From positions 15,004,001 through 15,068,000 of the forward strand of contig JBHGNT010000003.1 in assembly GCA_043228905.1 (NCBI GenBank): a DNA stretch of 64,000 bases. Reading direction: 5' to 3'. The notes beneath the pieces are model-generated. The model ran no database searches and was not told where the DNA came from. It saw only the letters and a list, made by a program, of their open reading frames with translations. Below, piece after piece: positions 44,621-58,955 of the stretch. A program made the position numbers and the translations under genes. Each line of letters begins with the position of its first letter. Position 1 is the first letter of the stretch. This stretch comes from Azolla caroliniana (Eukaryota > Plantae > Polypodiophyta).

Positions 44621-47600
44621 ACGCAAAATAAGTGTTATAACCCTCGCACCAAACAAGCGCGTGTCAGCCGCGACGTTGTGTTTGAGGAGTCTGCGTCCTG
44701 GTACCTGCCCTCGACTCGGAACCCCGACTCCAATACGAGTTCTGACGATGAGGTCAGCGAGGCTGAGATGCCTCCTGATGAGCCAGAAATCGAGACCCGC
44801 GAAGAGAGTCCGATTTCACTCCAGTTAAGTGGACCAATTGGACGACTGAGTCGGTACGACCAGTCCGATGAAGAGCCGGCGAGTAGTGGAGACTCGGCCG
44901 TGCAATCCCCGCGCAAGAAGCTGAGGAGACGGCTTACGCGCAAGGAGAAAGGGAAGAAGAAGGTGTCGGATTCCGGCACGGAAAGGAACGAGTCAGACCG
45001 ATGCGAGTCCGACTCCGAGGGAACCGGTGACAGGTCTTTAAAGATGAAGACCGCGTCGACCGAGAAGGCCTCGACATCGGCTAATGTGAGATTACGCCGA
45101 TCTACCCGCCAGAAGAACCCAGTTGTGTGGTTCGGATACAACGAGTACATGGCGCATCATTATGCGTACATGACCCGTGTAGCGGAAGTGCGTGAGCCGG
45201 AAAGCTACGCAGAAGCGGCGAAGGACGCGAATTGGCGCACCGCGATGGAGGAAGAGATGCACGCATTGGCGGAGAATGAGACCTGGGACCTGATGGACGC
45301 ACCGAAGGGTGTGAAGCCGATCGGGTGTAGATGGGTGTACAAGGTCAAGTACAACACCAATGGCTCAGTCAACCGGTACAAGGCTCGACTAGTGGCAAAG
45401 GGCTACGCGCAGAAACACGGCATCGACTACGATGAGACGTTTGCGCCGGTCGCAAAAATGACGACCGTTCGTGTTTTGCTCGCAGTAGCCGCGGCGAAGG
45501 GGTGGCACTTACATCAGATCGATGTAAAGAATGCGTTCCTGCAAGGTGACCTTGAGGAACAGGTGTACATGGTACAGCCCCCCGGATTTGACTCCGGAAT
45601 GAACTCCTCGGCAGTATGCCGACTGAAGAAGTCCCTTTACGGACTGAAGCAAGCCCCGCGTGCTTGGAACGCGAAGATCACGCAACAACTGCGTCGGATG
45701 GGCTTCGTCATGTCAAAATCGGACTCTTCCCTGTTCATCCGGAAAGGTCAACTCGGACCGGTTAGTATTTTACTGTATGTTGATGACTTGGTCATCACCG
45801 GCGCCGACCTCGGTGAAATCGACCGCGTGAAGCTCCAACTTGCAGCATCGTTCGACATGAAGGATCTGGGAGACCTTCGTTACTTCCTCGGGATCGAAGT
45901 GATCCGTACCCCCGAAGGCATATTGATCAGCCAACGTCATTACGTGCTGAGTATGCTCCTCAAACTCGGGATGGCTGACTGTAAGTCCATCTCGACTCCT
46001 CTGGACAGAACCGTCAAGCTTCGTCCCGATACGGGAAAGGTATGCGGCCCGACGAGGTTCCGACAATTTGTCGGAAGCCTTATATACTTGACCATCACCC
46101 GACCCGACCTCAGTTATCCAGTCAAGGTGATCAGTCAGTTCATGACGCGACCTACCGAGGAGCACCTTCAGTGTGCGCAACGCATACTTCGGTATGTCAA
46201 CGGCACTAAGGACCGGGGACTACTATATCGGACCGGTGCAGCCGCGCAGTTAGTCGGCTACACCGATACTGATTGGGCTGGCAACGCCGCCGATCGCCGA
46301 TCCACGTCTGGATACGCGTTCTCCCTCGGGAGTGCCGCGATCGCGTGGAGCAGTAAGAAGCAGCCGACAGTTGCACTGTCGAGCACCGAAGCTGAGGACC
46401 GAGGAGCGGTTGTCGCGACATGCGAAGCCATATGGTTGAAGCGGCTACTTAAGGACCTGCAAGAGGAGGTGTCCGATCCAACGACGATCTATTGCGACAA
46501 CCTCAGCAGCATCCAACTCGCAAAGAACCCCGTCTTTCACGCACGGACCAACCACATTGAGGTGCATTACCATTTCGTCCGTGAGCGTGTCCTTTCCGGT
46601 GAAGTCGAATTTCAGTACGTTTCGACGGATCGGCAAACTGCCGACATCTTCACAAAGCCTCTTGGTCTGGACAAGTTGCGGCAATTCTCAGGTGCGCTCG
46701 GGTTGCGTCACCTCGACGTGCCGAACTTGAGGGGGAGAACAGTCCCGAACGACCAAGCAAGGCAGCAGGAAAGGAGCGGTGACCATGACACCGAGTCGGT
46801 TGACTCGTTTGTTGACTCGGTTGAAGATGGATCGGCTGAAGAAGCCGAGGGCGGACCCGCGGAAAAGTTCGAAAGAGGACAAAAGGGGAGCAACCGAAGG
46901 AGAGAGCCGAAGCCAACCACGCATGGGGAAGATGACGCCATCGAAGGCGAGAAGACCGAAGACGAGTTGGAGACAGCCAACTCGGACGAGAGCGAAAACC
47001 GATCGGAGGTAGCCGAGTCGGTTCGGATGTTTGATTCAGACACGCTGAATCAACCGAGGCCCAAGCGGAAGAAAAGGCAGCAGAAGAAGCGTCAACACCG
47101 AAACAACAGAAGAGCTGATGAGGGCCACATGAGCAGACAAGCCGACCGGAAGGGTCGAAGCGCGTGGAGTCGAACAGGTCGAGGAGCGCGAGCGAGGCGA
47201 GAAGCCAGGAGGAACCGGTGCTGTGAAGATCCCGAAGAGCCTCAAGTTGAGCTTGAGGGGGAGTGTTGAGAGACAAGCTCAACATCGGCCGGATCGGCTG
47301 AAGAAGCCGAGGACCGGATCGGTTGGGACCAATCGGTTAGGCCGAGTACATAAACCGAGAGGTCGTTAGGAAAGATATTCCGTGAGGAATATATTTGGGA
47401 GTTAGTGTAGGGGCTCTTGATGAGCATTGAAGTATTGTCAGTACTTCGGTCAGTCCTTCTAGGACTTGTATAAAAGTGCTCACTCAGCACGTCTTATGTA
47501 CAGAGATTGAGTATTATTGTTGAATATAGTTTTTTGTGTTTCTCTCTCTGTCTCTCCCGCGTATACCGTGTAAGCCTAAGCTCTCCATTGAACCTGAGTT

Positions 47601-47929
47601 TCCTTCCTCTGTTCTGTCTTCATACTTGCTTCCGCACGCTACTTTCTACAAGATGAGAATCTTTGAGAGAGAGAGAGGGAGAGAGACCAAGAAGCACGCA
47701 ATGTAACAATTTATTCTGAATAGTTATAGTACAATAAAGGCAACGACTCTCTCACAATAGCAACAACCACAAACTAGGTTATAGAGCCCATTATATACTA
47801 ATTGGGCTAGGGCAATTGCCCTTTGAAATATTTACAGAATTGTTCTAAACCTAGTTTGTCCAAGGTACAATGTGAATACGGCCATTATAGACCAATATTC
47901 CACACTCATAATCCTCCTTGGTCCAGAAA

Positions 47930-48125
47930 TACGTACATTGACACATATAGACATATATTCATATACATACAATGTACATACAAACATACACACACATATA
48001 CATACACATACACATACCCTTAGATCTGAATGCATATGCATACTTTTTTTTATTTATACATGCATATACAAACACTTCTATGTGAATACACATACATATT
48101 GACATGTTGATTTGTACATGCATAC
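47930..48125. repeat. Degenerate (TACA/CATA)n microsatellite
   Basis: Directly visible low-complexity tract. Confidence 0.8.
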
Positions 48126-48553
48126 CTATTTTTCTAGATAGATATATTCATTTGTTTATATTGATTAATGGTAGCCTCCATATTGCAAATTAAGAAATGT
48201 ACATATGTATTTACACCTACCTTTTGAGTATATCGAAGTGCAGGAGAAAGTTACCTTAATAAAATTATACCAATCATGCACTTTTACTCCCAAGAGAGTC
48301 GTGTCATCCATTGTGAAGATGCTTATGTACTATTGGAGTTCGGATATCTACACATTTAGTCTAGGTATTTCCTCTAATGTCAAAACTGAATGAGCCATAG
48401 TGTATTCTTGCACACTTAAGCATCAGTGTCATTCTGGACTAAACTCCCTTAAAGATTCTCTTGACATAGGAGTATCTTTAAGCTACATAAGATGCTTGTA
48501 ATGGAAGTGTCCTATGTTCTTAAATATATGTATAGGATCTAATAAATGAAATA

Positions 48554-49090
48554 TGTTACTCTCATAATAAAGACAGGTTGGATAACCAATCATTGGATAC
48601 CCTTCACCAAACATCATAGTCGGAGAAATGAAAATAAAAATACAATAGACCCGCAACAAAATACCTAGCTGAATCGACTACACAGACATTGGTCAAATCT
48701 GCTACAACCGATTCGGCGAACACACAGACATGAACAGTATACTCCAAAATATATCTCTATATTAAGTCCTTCTTTCAGTCACCCATATACAATACCCCTT
48801 TATATAGGAAAAACATGAAGAAGTTACAATACCCATTAGCACACCTTTTCTAATCTAATAGTTATAATGTCATCTGACATACCATTACAAATCTACTATT
48901 TACATTTGTTTTAATTAATACATAATTCGGCAATAATAATTTCGGCTACATAAATTCGGCCATATACATTATTCAACTTCAACTTCACACTACTTTCGAC
49001 CATTCGACCATTCGACACTTTCCAAACAGCTTTCGGCCTTTTCACACTTTCATTCCGTCTTTCGGCAACTTCATACCCATTCGGGTAACA
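48554..49090 (-). mobile_element. LTR-like segment, boundaries uncertain
   Basis: TGTTAC...GTAACA ends and CCTATATAAAGG on the minus strand at about 48797. No matching TSD or partner LTR. Confidence 0.4.
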
Positions 49091-52000
49091 CATGGCATGC
49101 CAGGTGGGAAAGTTCTTTGTACAGTTGAACTCAACGAAAATATTCCATTAATTTTTCTTTCCAAAATTTCAAGGATGCTTTGATCATGCTAAGTTGATTC
49201 TCGCTTGATCTCATGGGCCTTCTCTATCTGTTGCATTTGCTTATTTGGCTAAGGCATGCCATGTCGAGTCTTCGGCCAATGATTCTTCCTTGGGTCGTCG
49301 GCTTCTATCTTTGGTTCTCCCTCTAATGCCAGTATTTCCTTCATTTCTTGCTGCATTCGTTCAACATTCTTGTTGTTGGGGTGCTCGACTCATTTCACTC
49401 ATTTTTGCCTCACCTCTTATAACAAATCGGTTTCGCCTGCTCGTTGGACGCACCTCTTTTAATTACAATTTGTTGTGGTCTATGTTGTGGCTGCTTCGCT
49501 ACCTCCTGCTGTTAGGGATTATATTGGAATTTCCTAGCTTGTCTCGGCCACCTCCGATCATCTTGGAACCATCAGTTCTCTTGGAATCGGCGGTTCCCTG
49601 GCCGATTATTCTTATCATGTCTTTTGTCGAAGTGCTGATTTTGTATTGGGTCGGCAAATCCTACTCGATTGTTGTTGTCGAATTGCCATCTTTCAACTCA
49701 TGGTTCGCCTTCGTACCGCGATGAGTAGTCTCTCTCGTACCACTCCGTGCGATCCCTTCGTTACTCATCTAGTTGGAATCACTCCTTACGCCGGAATCTT
49801 TTGTCTTGCCGAAACCGGTCCTCTTGTCGAAATCAATCTTCTCTTGGTGGCTTGTCATTCATTGGCTCTATTTGTCTCACAAGAGCCCTCACTTTATTCA
49901 AAAGATTGTACTCACATTGATCAATGGTGTGAGCTCTCTAATGGCATAGCACATAGTGCGTACTCATCGTACACTCCAAAATGGAGTGTCCGGGGTTCAA
50001 AAATGTAGTGCATTGCACCGCCTACTGGAATTTGGGTTCCTCCTCGTTCGGCAAGGCTCTTTGCAATGACACCATCAACACTCCATTGTTTTCTAGTGCC
50101 TTGTCTATAACGGGCATGACCATTTAATATCCCGTGGTGAGAATTTACCATAGTATTCTATACACGTGGATAAGTGTGAGGGTTAAACGAGAGTGTAAAG
50201 AAGGGGAGGATTACTTTTAATCCTCGGGATTGAGACAACCCATTAGGTCAAGTGTGAACTTGCCTAGGGGCCTTGGGTATCGCTATAAATAAGAGGCCTA
50301 GCTACCCTCATTTGAGGATCTTTTGACTACATTGAGACTCTGCTCGTGTGGTGGGTCAACTCTTGTAGCGAGCGCGCCAGCACCAGGTACGACTCGACGC
50401 CACGGCGGTGGTATGGGACGCCGATCGAGGCTCGAGTCCGTCTCGATCCCTTCGCTCAGGGGTGGTCGGGTGGATCGGCACCCTTCTTTCTCTTTCTCCT
50501 TTCTATCTATCATTTGTTTATCCTTATCTAAGTACGTAAGCGACAACATCCTTTTTGTGTATTCTGCAAAAAGAAGGGTCATACAAAAGATCAATGTCGA
50601 AAGCTCCAACGGAAAGAGCACGACAACAAAGCTAAAGTTGCAGACCATAAAGGTCAGATTCCTAATGTCCTTCAGGTCTAAACACATCATTTAAGTAATT
50701 GTCAATGTTCTTTCCCTCACTATGTATTGGGTCCCAATGATTTACTACGTTGAAACGGGTATATCAATGGATCTCCCGTACAATTTTTATTTGATTCGAG
50801 AAGCTCACACAATTTTGTGAATGATCGTTTGGTTCAGATATGGGGAATCCAACCCACCGTAAGTGATCACACCTACACGGTGCACTTGGCTGATGGAAGA
50901 GTACAATACATCAACGGGGCGATTCATTCATTAGGAATTTCTATTGATACTTATATAGAGGAAGTAGACTTCCATGTAATGAATCTTTGTACCACCGATG
51001 TAATACTGGGTTATCCCTGGTTTTATAATAAAAACTCTTCTTTATTTATTGATTGGGTTCGTCATTCCATTTCTTTTGTACTGAACGATTGTACGCATTT
51101 TATTTAATGTGTAAAAAAACAATCCCTCTCGATTGTTTCCTCGTGTCCATCAATATCCGAGTTGTCTTGTTCTACATTATTTTATTGTGTACTTGATCCG
51201 GACATTCACATTTACAATATCGATAATGTCCCGGTTCAATTAACATATTTTGAACAACAACAACTTGATGAAATCTTAAATGATTTTCATGATGTTTTTC
51301 CAAGTGAACTACCTGATGGGTTACCTTCTAAACGTAATATAGACCATCATATAGATATTGTACCTGGTGTTGCACCAATAAGTATACCTCCGTATCGCTT
51401 AAGTCGATCCGAAGAAGATGAGGTATCTAAGCAACTCAAGGACTATTTACGAATGGGTTATATACGTTATAGTAAATCTCCATGGGGTGCACCAGTTCTC
51501 TTGGTTAAAAAGAAAGAGGGCACATGGCGTATGTGTATTAATTACCGACGCTTGAATAAAGTGACGATCAAGAATTCGTACCCATTGCCCCGGGCTGACG
51601 ATCTAATTGACCGTCTCCAAGGAGCTCGGTATTTTACGAAACTTGATCTCCGTATTGGCTACCATCAAATATGAATAAGTGAGGGCGATGTTCCTAAAAC
51701 GGCATTTCGTACGCGCTATGGCCATTACGAGTTTTTGGTTATGCCTTTTGGTTTGACCAATGCTCCAGCTACATTTCAACAAGAAATGAATGACATTTTC
51801 CGAGAACAACTTGGAAAATTTGTCGTTATTTTCTTGGATGATATTTTAGTTTATAGCCGTACATTACAAGAACATGCTAGACATGTCCGCTTTGTTTTAC
51901 AAACATTGCGTGACAAACAATTTTATGCGAAGATCTCAAAATGTGAGTTCTTCAAGAAATCAATTACTTATCTTGGACATCTCATAACCGAACGAGTTGA

Positions 52001-53484
52001 AATTGATCCTTCTCGCATTGAGAAAATCAAGCTTTGGCCCACTCTTCGGAATATTCCAGAAGTTCGATCATTCCTTGGTTTTGTCGGGTTTTTGCGAAAG
52101 TCTCTTCGTAATTACTCCCAATTGACGACGCCGTTTATTGATCTTTTAAAAGGCCAAACGCGTAAGTCTACAAAACCTATTGTGTGGAATGCTACACTAG
52201 ACCTCGCCTTTAAGGAACTCAAGGACTTGGTTTGCAAGGCTCCTTCACTTCTTTTACCTGATCCTTCAAAACCTTTTGAGGCTGAAACCGATGCAAGCGA
52301 TTATGCTATAGGTGCTGTCTTGTATCAAGATGGTAAACCAATAGCATTCGAGAGTAAGAAACTTGATTCTGCTCAATGTTGGTATACCATTCAAGAAAAG
52401 GAATTATTTGCAGTTATACATGCGCTCAAAACATGGCGCCATTATCTTTATGGAAATCGCTTTGTGGTAACTACGGACCATGAGTCCTTGAAATATTTTT
52501 GTGACCAACAAGACCTGAAAGGTCGTAAGGCACGATGGGCTGATCTCATCCAGGACTTTGATTTTTCCATACGATATCGTAAAGGTTCCATGAACACTGT
52601 CGCTGATGCACTAAGTCGCATCTGTGAAGTTAACACGCTTAGCTTCACTGAAATATCATCAGATCTTTATGATCACCTTCGAGGAAAGTATCCTGATGAC
52701 AGTTATTTCGCAAAATATTGGGCAAGAGTTGAGTCTGGAACTGACACCACCACATCCTTGAAGGAATACTTCCACATTGCTAACAGTTTGCTCTACCGTA
52801 ATGGGAAGGTTTGTGTTCCAGATTTACCCGAGGTCAAAAAGAGGATTCTTTTTGAATGCCATGATGCACCCTCAGCAGGGCACCCTGGATTACATCGTAC
52901 ACTCGTTCTCATCTCCACTCAATTTTATTGGCCTAAGATGCGTCCTGACATACATAGCTATGTGACTAAATGTCACCAGTGTCAGGTTAACAAAGCCGAG
53001 CGACTTAAAGCCGCAGGACTTTTACATCCCTTGGACATTCCCAATAATAAGTGGGAAAGTATATCCATGGATTTTATTGTTAGTCTTCCTCGCACCCAAA
53101 AAGGTCATGATGCCATATGGGTTGTCGTTGATCGACTAACTAAAATGGCCAGATTTATTGCTACTAAAACCACGGTAACAGCTCCTGAATTGGCTTACCA
53201 ATTCGTGGATGAATTGTTTCGTTTTTATGGGTTACCGATGGATATCGTGAGTGATCGAGATCCAAAGTTTACTAGTGACTTCTGGACACAAGTCTTTAAG
53301 AAGTTAGAAACTACGTTGAGCATGAGCTCCACAGATCATCCTCAATCCGATGGACAGAAAGAACGAGTAAATCAAATTATTGAGGACATGCTTCGAGCAT
53401 ACGTTGGTGCAAAACCAACAAAATGGGAATGTTATCTCCCAATTTTGGAATTTGCTTATAACAGCTCCAAGCATACGTCGACGG

Positions 53485-53669
53485 TGTCGAATACAAGTGT
53501 ATAATGGACGTATTCACACTATCCCTTTGTATAGCTCAAGTTTGGACCATTTGTGTAATTAGCATAAATGGTAGTTGCCCTAAGTCGTCACTATATAAAG
53601 TGACCTAGTAACCTTTTTGTAAGGTTGGTTGTATTATTCTTTTCTATTGAATAGAAAGTCATTTTGTGC

Positions 53670-53701
<32 letters not shown>

Positions 53702-56700
53702 GTGCACGATCTTGCAAACTGTCATACGCAGGTATTCAACCCCAATCGAATGCTATTTGATCTTCCGCATTGACGGCCTTTGTCCCCAACATCTGGTATC
53801 AGAGCCTGCACAGTATTCGGTCCTTCAACCCGCTGTCGGCCGTCGTCTCAGCCTGCACAGCATTCGGTTTCCTGCGTCATTCGAAGAAGAGGGAAGAAGA
53901 AGAAAAAACGAGGCTTGCATCTCATCACGTTAGATCATCTTCGCTTGGAGTAAGCCAGCCGGTTGTACTCTGTTCCTTGTGATCGTAACCGCTCGAGGTG
54001 AAATCCCCTTGTGCAACATTGACACGATCGTGCTCCACTCGGTTAAACGGCATCCGAAGAGGTCATCAAACGCTGCTCGCCGCTCATTGTAACCACTCGG
54101 TGCAGATCGGTCTCAAGACAACAACCCCAATTCGTGCTTCATTCGGCTGATCGACATTCGGGAGGATCAGTTGGATCCGTCTCTCTCGTCGCTGCAGTCA
54201 CCCGAAGCAGAATCGGTCCAGACAATCGGTTTCAATAATCGGTATTTGGCATATATATTCGGAAGCGAACCGGGCTCACTCCGACTCGGCAACATTCGGG
54301 AAGACCAGTCGGTTCTGTCCCTCAAGTTACCGGAGTCAATTCGAGCAAGTTCAACAATACATATATCTGAAGCCGAACCGACTCGGGTTCAAATCCGACT
54401 AGAACGATATCGGGTGAGCCAACCGGCTGCACTCCAACAAGGTTCGTAGTCAACTCCGAACCGAGCTTCGTCAACCGAAACCAAATTTGATGGCATCAAC
54501 ATCCGGCTCGTCAGAAATGAGTCTACGAAAGTTCGATGGATCGAACTTCAACTTCTGGAAAGAGCAAATGCAGGACTATCTCATAGTCAAGGGGCAAATC
54601 GATCCCATCGAAAATGAAGAACCTCCAGAAGGATACAAACCAATTGAGTGGCAGAAGCTGGACAGAATCGTCCGCGCCACGATTCGGATGCACCTATCGG
54701 AATCGGTATACTTTACGGTGCAATCGTGTACGACAGCATTCGAACTGTGGAAAACACTGTCGGACACTTACGAAAAGAAGGTCGCCGCAACGAAGATGTT
54801 TCTGATCCGGCGCCTCTACAACTTGCGGATGAAAGAATCTGATTCGGTTCAAGCACATCTCAATGAGTACGAAAGCATAAGCTCCCAAATCTCATCTCAG
54901 GGGACGGCAATCGAGGATGAACTCAGAGCAATGATACTCATGAGCAGCCTTCCCTCATCATGGGAAACTTTCGTCACAACCGTGTGCAACGCGTCAACCA
55001 CGGCTGTTAAATACTCCGAAGTCACGAGCGCAATCCTGACCGAAGCAGCTCGGAGAAAGTCTTTCGCCAAAGACTCAACAGACGACGCTTACGTAGTACA
55101 AGGTTCGACTGACCGATCGAACATACGAGGAAGAGATTCCTCACGGCAGCCGAACAATCAGCGAAGACGGAGCCAGTCACGGGATAATCGAATCTGCAAC
55201 TATTGCAAGAAACCCGGACACATCAAAGCCGACTGCCGCGCACTCAAGAACAAGAACGACAAGTCTCAGAAATCAGACAAGAAGAGTGGCCGGCATGAGG
55301 AGATCAATTACGTCAGCTTCTCAGCTGATGTGCTACCAAACGACCCGAATATACTATCAATCGAAAATCCAGTCGGATCAGAAGTTCTGCTCACGACTGA
55401 AGAATCGAGCACATGGCTCTTAGATTCGGGCGCGTCATTTCACGTGACTCCTCATCGATCCCAATTTCAGCAATATACGATCCGTCACTCCGACTCAGTT
55501 CGAGTCGGCAACTCGCAACACTGTGACATCATTGGAATCGGCACAGTAGAGCTCAACCTTGCAGGTGGCTCTACACTTGTACTTCACAATGTCCGACATG
55601 TACCCGAGCTCTCAAGGCCATTGATCTCAGTCGGACAACTAGATGAAGACGGCATTCGTGCCGGTTTTTCTTCGGGAGGGTGGACACTCCACAGGGGGAA
55701 CCTCCTGCTTGCTAGAGGACCCAAGATACACTCACTGTATCCATTACATGTTACGCTCAGAGAGGGTAACCTGTTTTTGGTGGATATTCCTGTGTCATCA
55801 CTATGGCACAGAAGATTAGGACACCTCAGCAAGGCCGGCATTACGCACCTATCTAGAGCCGGATACATCCCTAAACTCTCCTTCTCGGACCCTCAATTCT
55901 GCGAACATTGCCAGTATGGCAAACAAGCAGCCGCATCACACCCGACATCAGCACCAAGAGAAACGAGACCTCTCGATTTAGTCCACTCGGACGTCTGTGG
56001 CCCAATGCCGCATCAGTCTCTCGGCGGTGCCTCTTACTTCGTCAGTTTTATTGACGATTCGACTCGAAAGGTGTGGGCTTATCCAATTCGCACCAAAGAT
56101 CGTGTCTTCTCGATCTTCTCCGATTGGCTCGCTATGGTAGAAAATCAAACTGACCGAAAACTGAAATGCCTTCGGACCGACAATGGGGGAGAGTTCAAAT
56201 CAGAAGAATTCGTCAAATTCTGCCGACAACGCGGCATCCGACGTGAATTTACGGCACCACACAGTCCGGAGCAAAACGGGATTGCAGAACGCATGAATCG
56301 GACAATCCAAGAACGGATAGTTTCCATGCTCCAACACTCCGGACTGTCGGATGGCTTCTGGGCAGAGGCTCTACTTACGGCAGTACACATAATCAATATG
56401 TCGCCAAGCAGACCTCTAGGACTTCAAATTCCTCAGGAACTATGGATCGGCAGTAAGCCGAATTACGACAAGCTGAGGATCTTCGGATGCGAGGCGTACG
56501 CCCTTATTCCGAAAGATGATCGCCGAAAACTTGCACCTCGGTCCAGGAAATGCATTTTCCTTGGATATGGATCAGACGGCGAAATGGGATACCGACTCTG
56601 GGACCCCGAACGCAGACAAATCGTTCGAAGTTCGGACGTTGTGTTCAACGAGTCGGCTATGAATCCATCAGTCGAAACACCGATCGAAGTCCGAAGGGTA

Positions 56701-58898
56701 ACATTTTCCGATGTGCCGACCCTTCAAGAAGGCCCCGCTCTTAACACACGGTCAGCTTCACGGGTAGTTGAACCTTACACTACCGACTCGGACAACTCTG
56801 ACTCAGCACAGCAGAATAATTCGCTTTCGGACCATCCGACCTCGATACCCGATACGACCAGTCCAATCATACCTCGACGATCCGAGAGACTGTCGCAACC
56901 TCCGGAGAGGTATTCTCCTGGAATTTTCTTCACCGACGCCGGCGAACCGACGTCTTACGAAGAAGCATCGACATCTGTCGATTCAGCCACCTGGCATCTG
57001 GCGATGGAGTCGGAAATGCACTCCATTCGGGCAAACAAGACTTGGGATCTGGTCGAATTACCTAAGAATCGACGTGCTCTTCCTTGCAAGTGGGTTTATC
57101 GACGAAAAGAGACGTCTGATTCGACCACCCCAAAGTACAAGGCCAGATTAGTTGCGAAGGGCTTCCGACAAGAATATGGCGTCGACTTCGACGAGATTTT
57201 TTCACCAGTGGTGAAAATGACAACCCTTCGTTTTCTACTCGGCGTAGTGGCAGCCGACAACTTGGAGCTGATTCAGCTAGATGTCAAAACAGCCTTCCTC
57301 CATGGTGATCTTGAAGAGGAAATTTATATGGAGCAGCCAAAAGGCTTCGTGGCAACTGGCCAAGAACATCTAGTCTGCCGACTCAAGAAGAGTCTATACG
57401 GCCTCAAACAGGCACCGCGACAATGGTACAAGAAGTTCGACGACTTCATCCAATCGATCGGCTTCTCAAAAAGCGATGAGGACCATTGTCTTTTTACCAA
57501 CACAGCTCAAGATGGATCACCCATCTTCCTCATCATTTACGTGGACGACATGCTAATTTCTGGACGCCACGCGGGCGAACTTGCCGATCTCATTCGGCAA
57601 TTGCGGTTGAAGTTTGCCATGAAGGACCTCGGTCCGGCACGACACATACTTGGCATGAAGATTAGTCGGCATCGCGATAAACGACATCTTTTTTTGTCTT
57701 AGACCGACTATATCGGACGTGTCTTGGAACGCTTCAACATGCAATCAGCCAAATCTGCTTCAACCCCGCTCCCCATGAATCTTCGGCTCTCTCAGCGAGA
57801 CTGCCCGACATCCGGTCCGGAGGGGGAAGATATGAAGTCGGTACCGTATGCACCGGCAGTCGGCTCCCTTATGTACCTGATGGTCGCGACACGGCCTGAT
57901 ATTTCTCATGCCGTAGGAGTCGTTAGCAGATTTATGCACAATCCTGGCCGATCGCATTGGAACGCAGTCAAGCATGTGTTCAAATATCTGGCTGGCACAA
58001 AAGACCACGGCATTCTTTTCGGCCCGAACTCAACCTCAGGCGTAGTCGATTACACCGACTCGGACTTCGCCGGCTACATAGACAGTCGGAAATCAACAAC
58101 TGGATACTGCTTCAAATTCGGCAATGGAGCAATTTCGTGGAAGTCGAAACTTCAGGAGTGCACAGCGACCTCAACGACCGAAGCAGAATATGTAGCTGCG
58201 TCCGACGCTGCAAAAGAAGCTTTGTGGCTCGGCCGGCTGGCGCACACGTTTCGACAAGTCGACCATGACTCGGCCCCAGTTGTCTATAGCGACAGTCAAG
58301 GTGCTGTTGCCTTGTCGAGAAATCCGGTTCACCACAACGCCTCCAAACATATCGACGTTCGATATCACTTCGTTCGGGACTGCGTCATTTCAGGGAAAAT
58401 CGGTCTAGAGAAAATATCCACAACCGACAATGTCGCAGATGGAATGACCAAGTGTCTTTCGGCAGACCGCTTTCGGTCCCTTCGGCATCAGATGGGCGTA
58501 ACGACAAACCAGTCCGGTTAGAGCCGGACACAGCGCAGGATGGTTTCAGACAACCGACATCAGTTCCTTAATGATCGGCTTCAACTCTTCCGACCCGACC
58601 AGTCCGGTCTTCTGCCTTCGGACCCTGCCGACTCGAACAAAACTGATATGTCCGAGAACCTAGGTTTATACCTGTAATCTTAGATAACCCATGTATACGC
58701 CCATTACGGGGGAGTGTCGAATACAAGTGTATAATGGACGTATTCACACTATCCCTTTGTATAGCTCAAGTTTGGGCCATTTGTGTAATTAGCATAAATG
58801 GTAGTTGCCCTAAGTCGTCACTATATAAAGTGACCTAGTAACCTTTTTGTAAGGTTGGTTGTATTATTCTTTTCTATTGAATAGAAAGTCATTTTGTG

Positions 58899-58955
<57 letters not shown>

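Larger units (their letters stand above)
41239..47269 (+). pseudogene. Element D gag-pol, broken by small deletions and two solo LTRs; the RT-RH part (44678-47269) is still open
   Basis: KLDRTNYASW, WYVDS, WHKRIGH, LRSDGGKEY, ARLVAKGY, LYVDD, WSSKKQ. Confidence 0.9.
40780..47650 (+). mobile_element. Copia element D (same lineage as E), inserted in the 5' LTR of B
   Basis: 387-bp LTRs at 40780-41166 and 47264-47650 (about 8 differences). TSD AGATG. PBS TGGTATCAGAGC at 41167-41178; PPT CTTGAGGGGGAG. Confidence 0.96.
21322..47904 (-). mobile_element. Copia element B, degenerate, host of four nested elements
   Basis: 3' LTR 21322-21662; 5' LTR 40688-47904 split by D. TSD CTCAT at 21317-21321 and 47905-47909. 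Decayed PBS at about 40674-40685. Its own internal pieces (21663-24325, 29408-29777, 34972-35641, 39853-40687) are colinear with element C. Confidence 0.92.

Noticed and set aside
49245-50008. Hydrophobic plus-strand ORFs (and the similar ORF at 32645-33283) as env-like or membrane proteins
   Set aside because: They are antisense shadows of purine-rich, charged gag regions.
57700-57702. Programmed read-through in element C
   Set aside because: The stop is mid-RT and the homologous codon in relative B is Gln (SQADYI), so it is a simple nonsense mutation.
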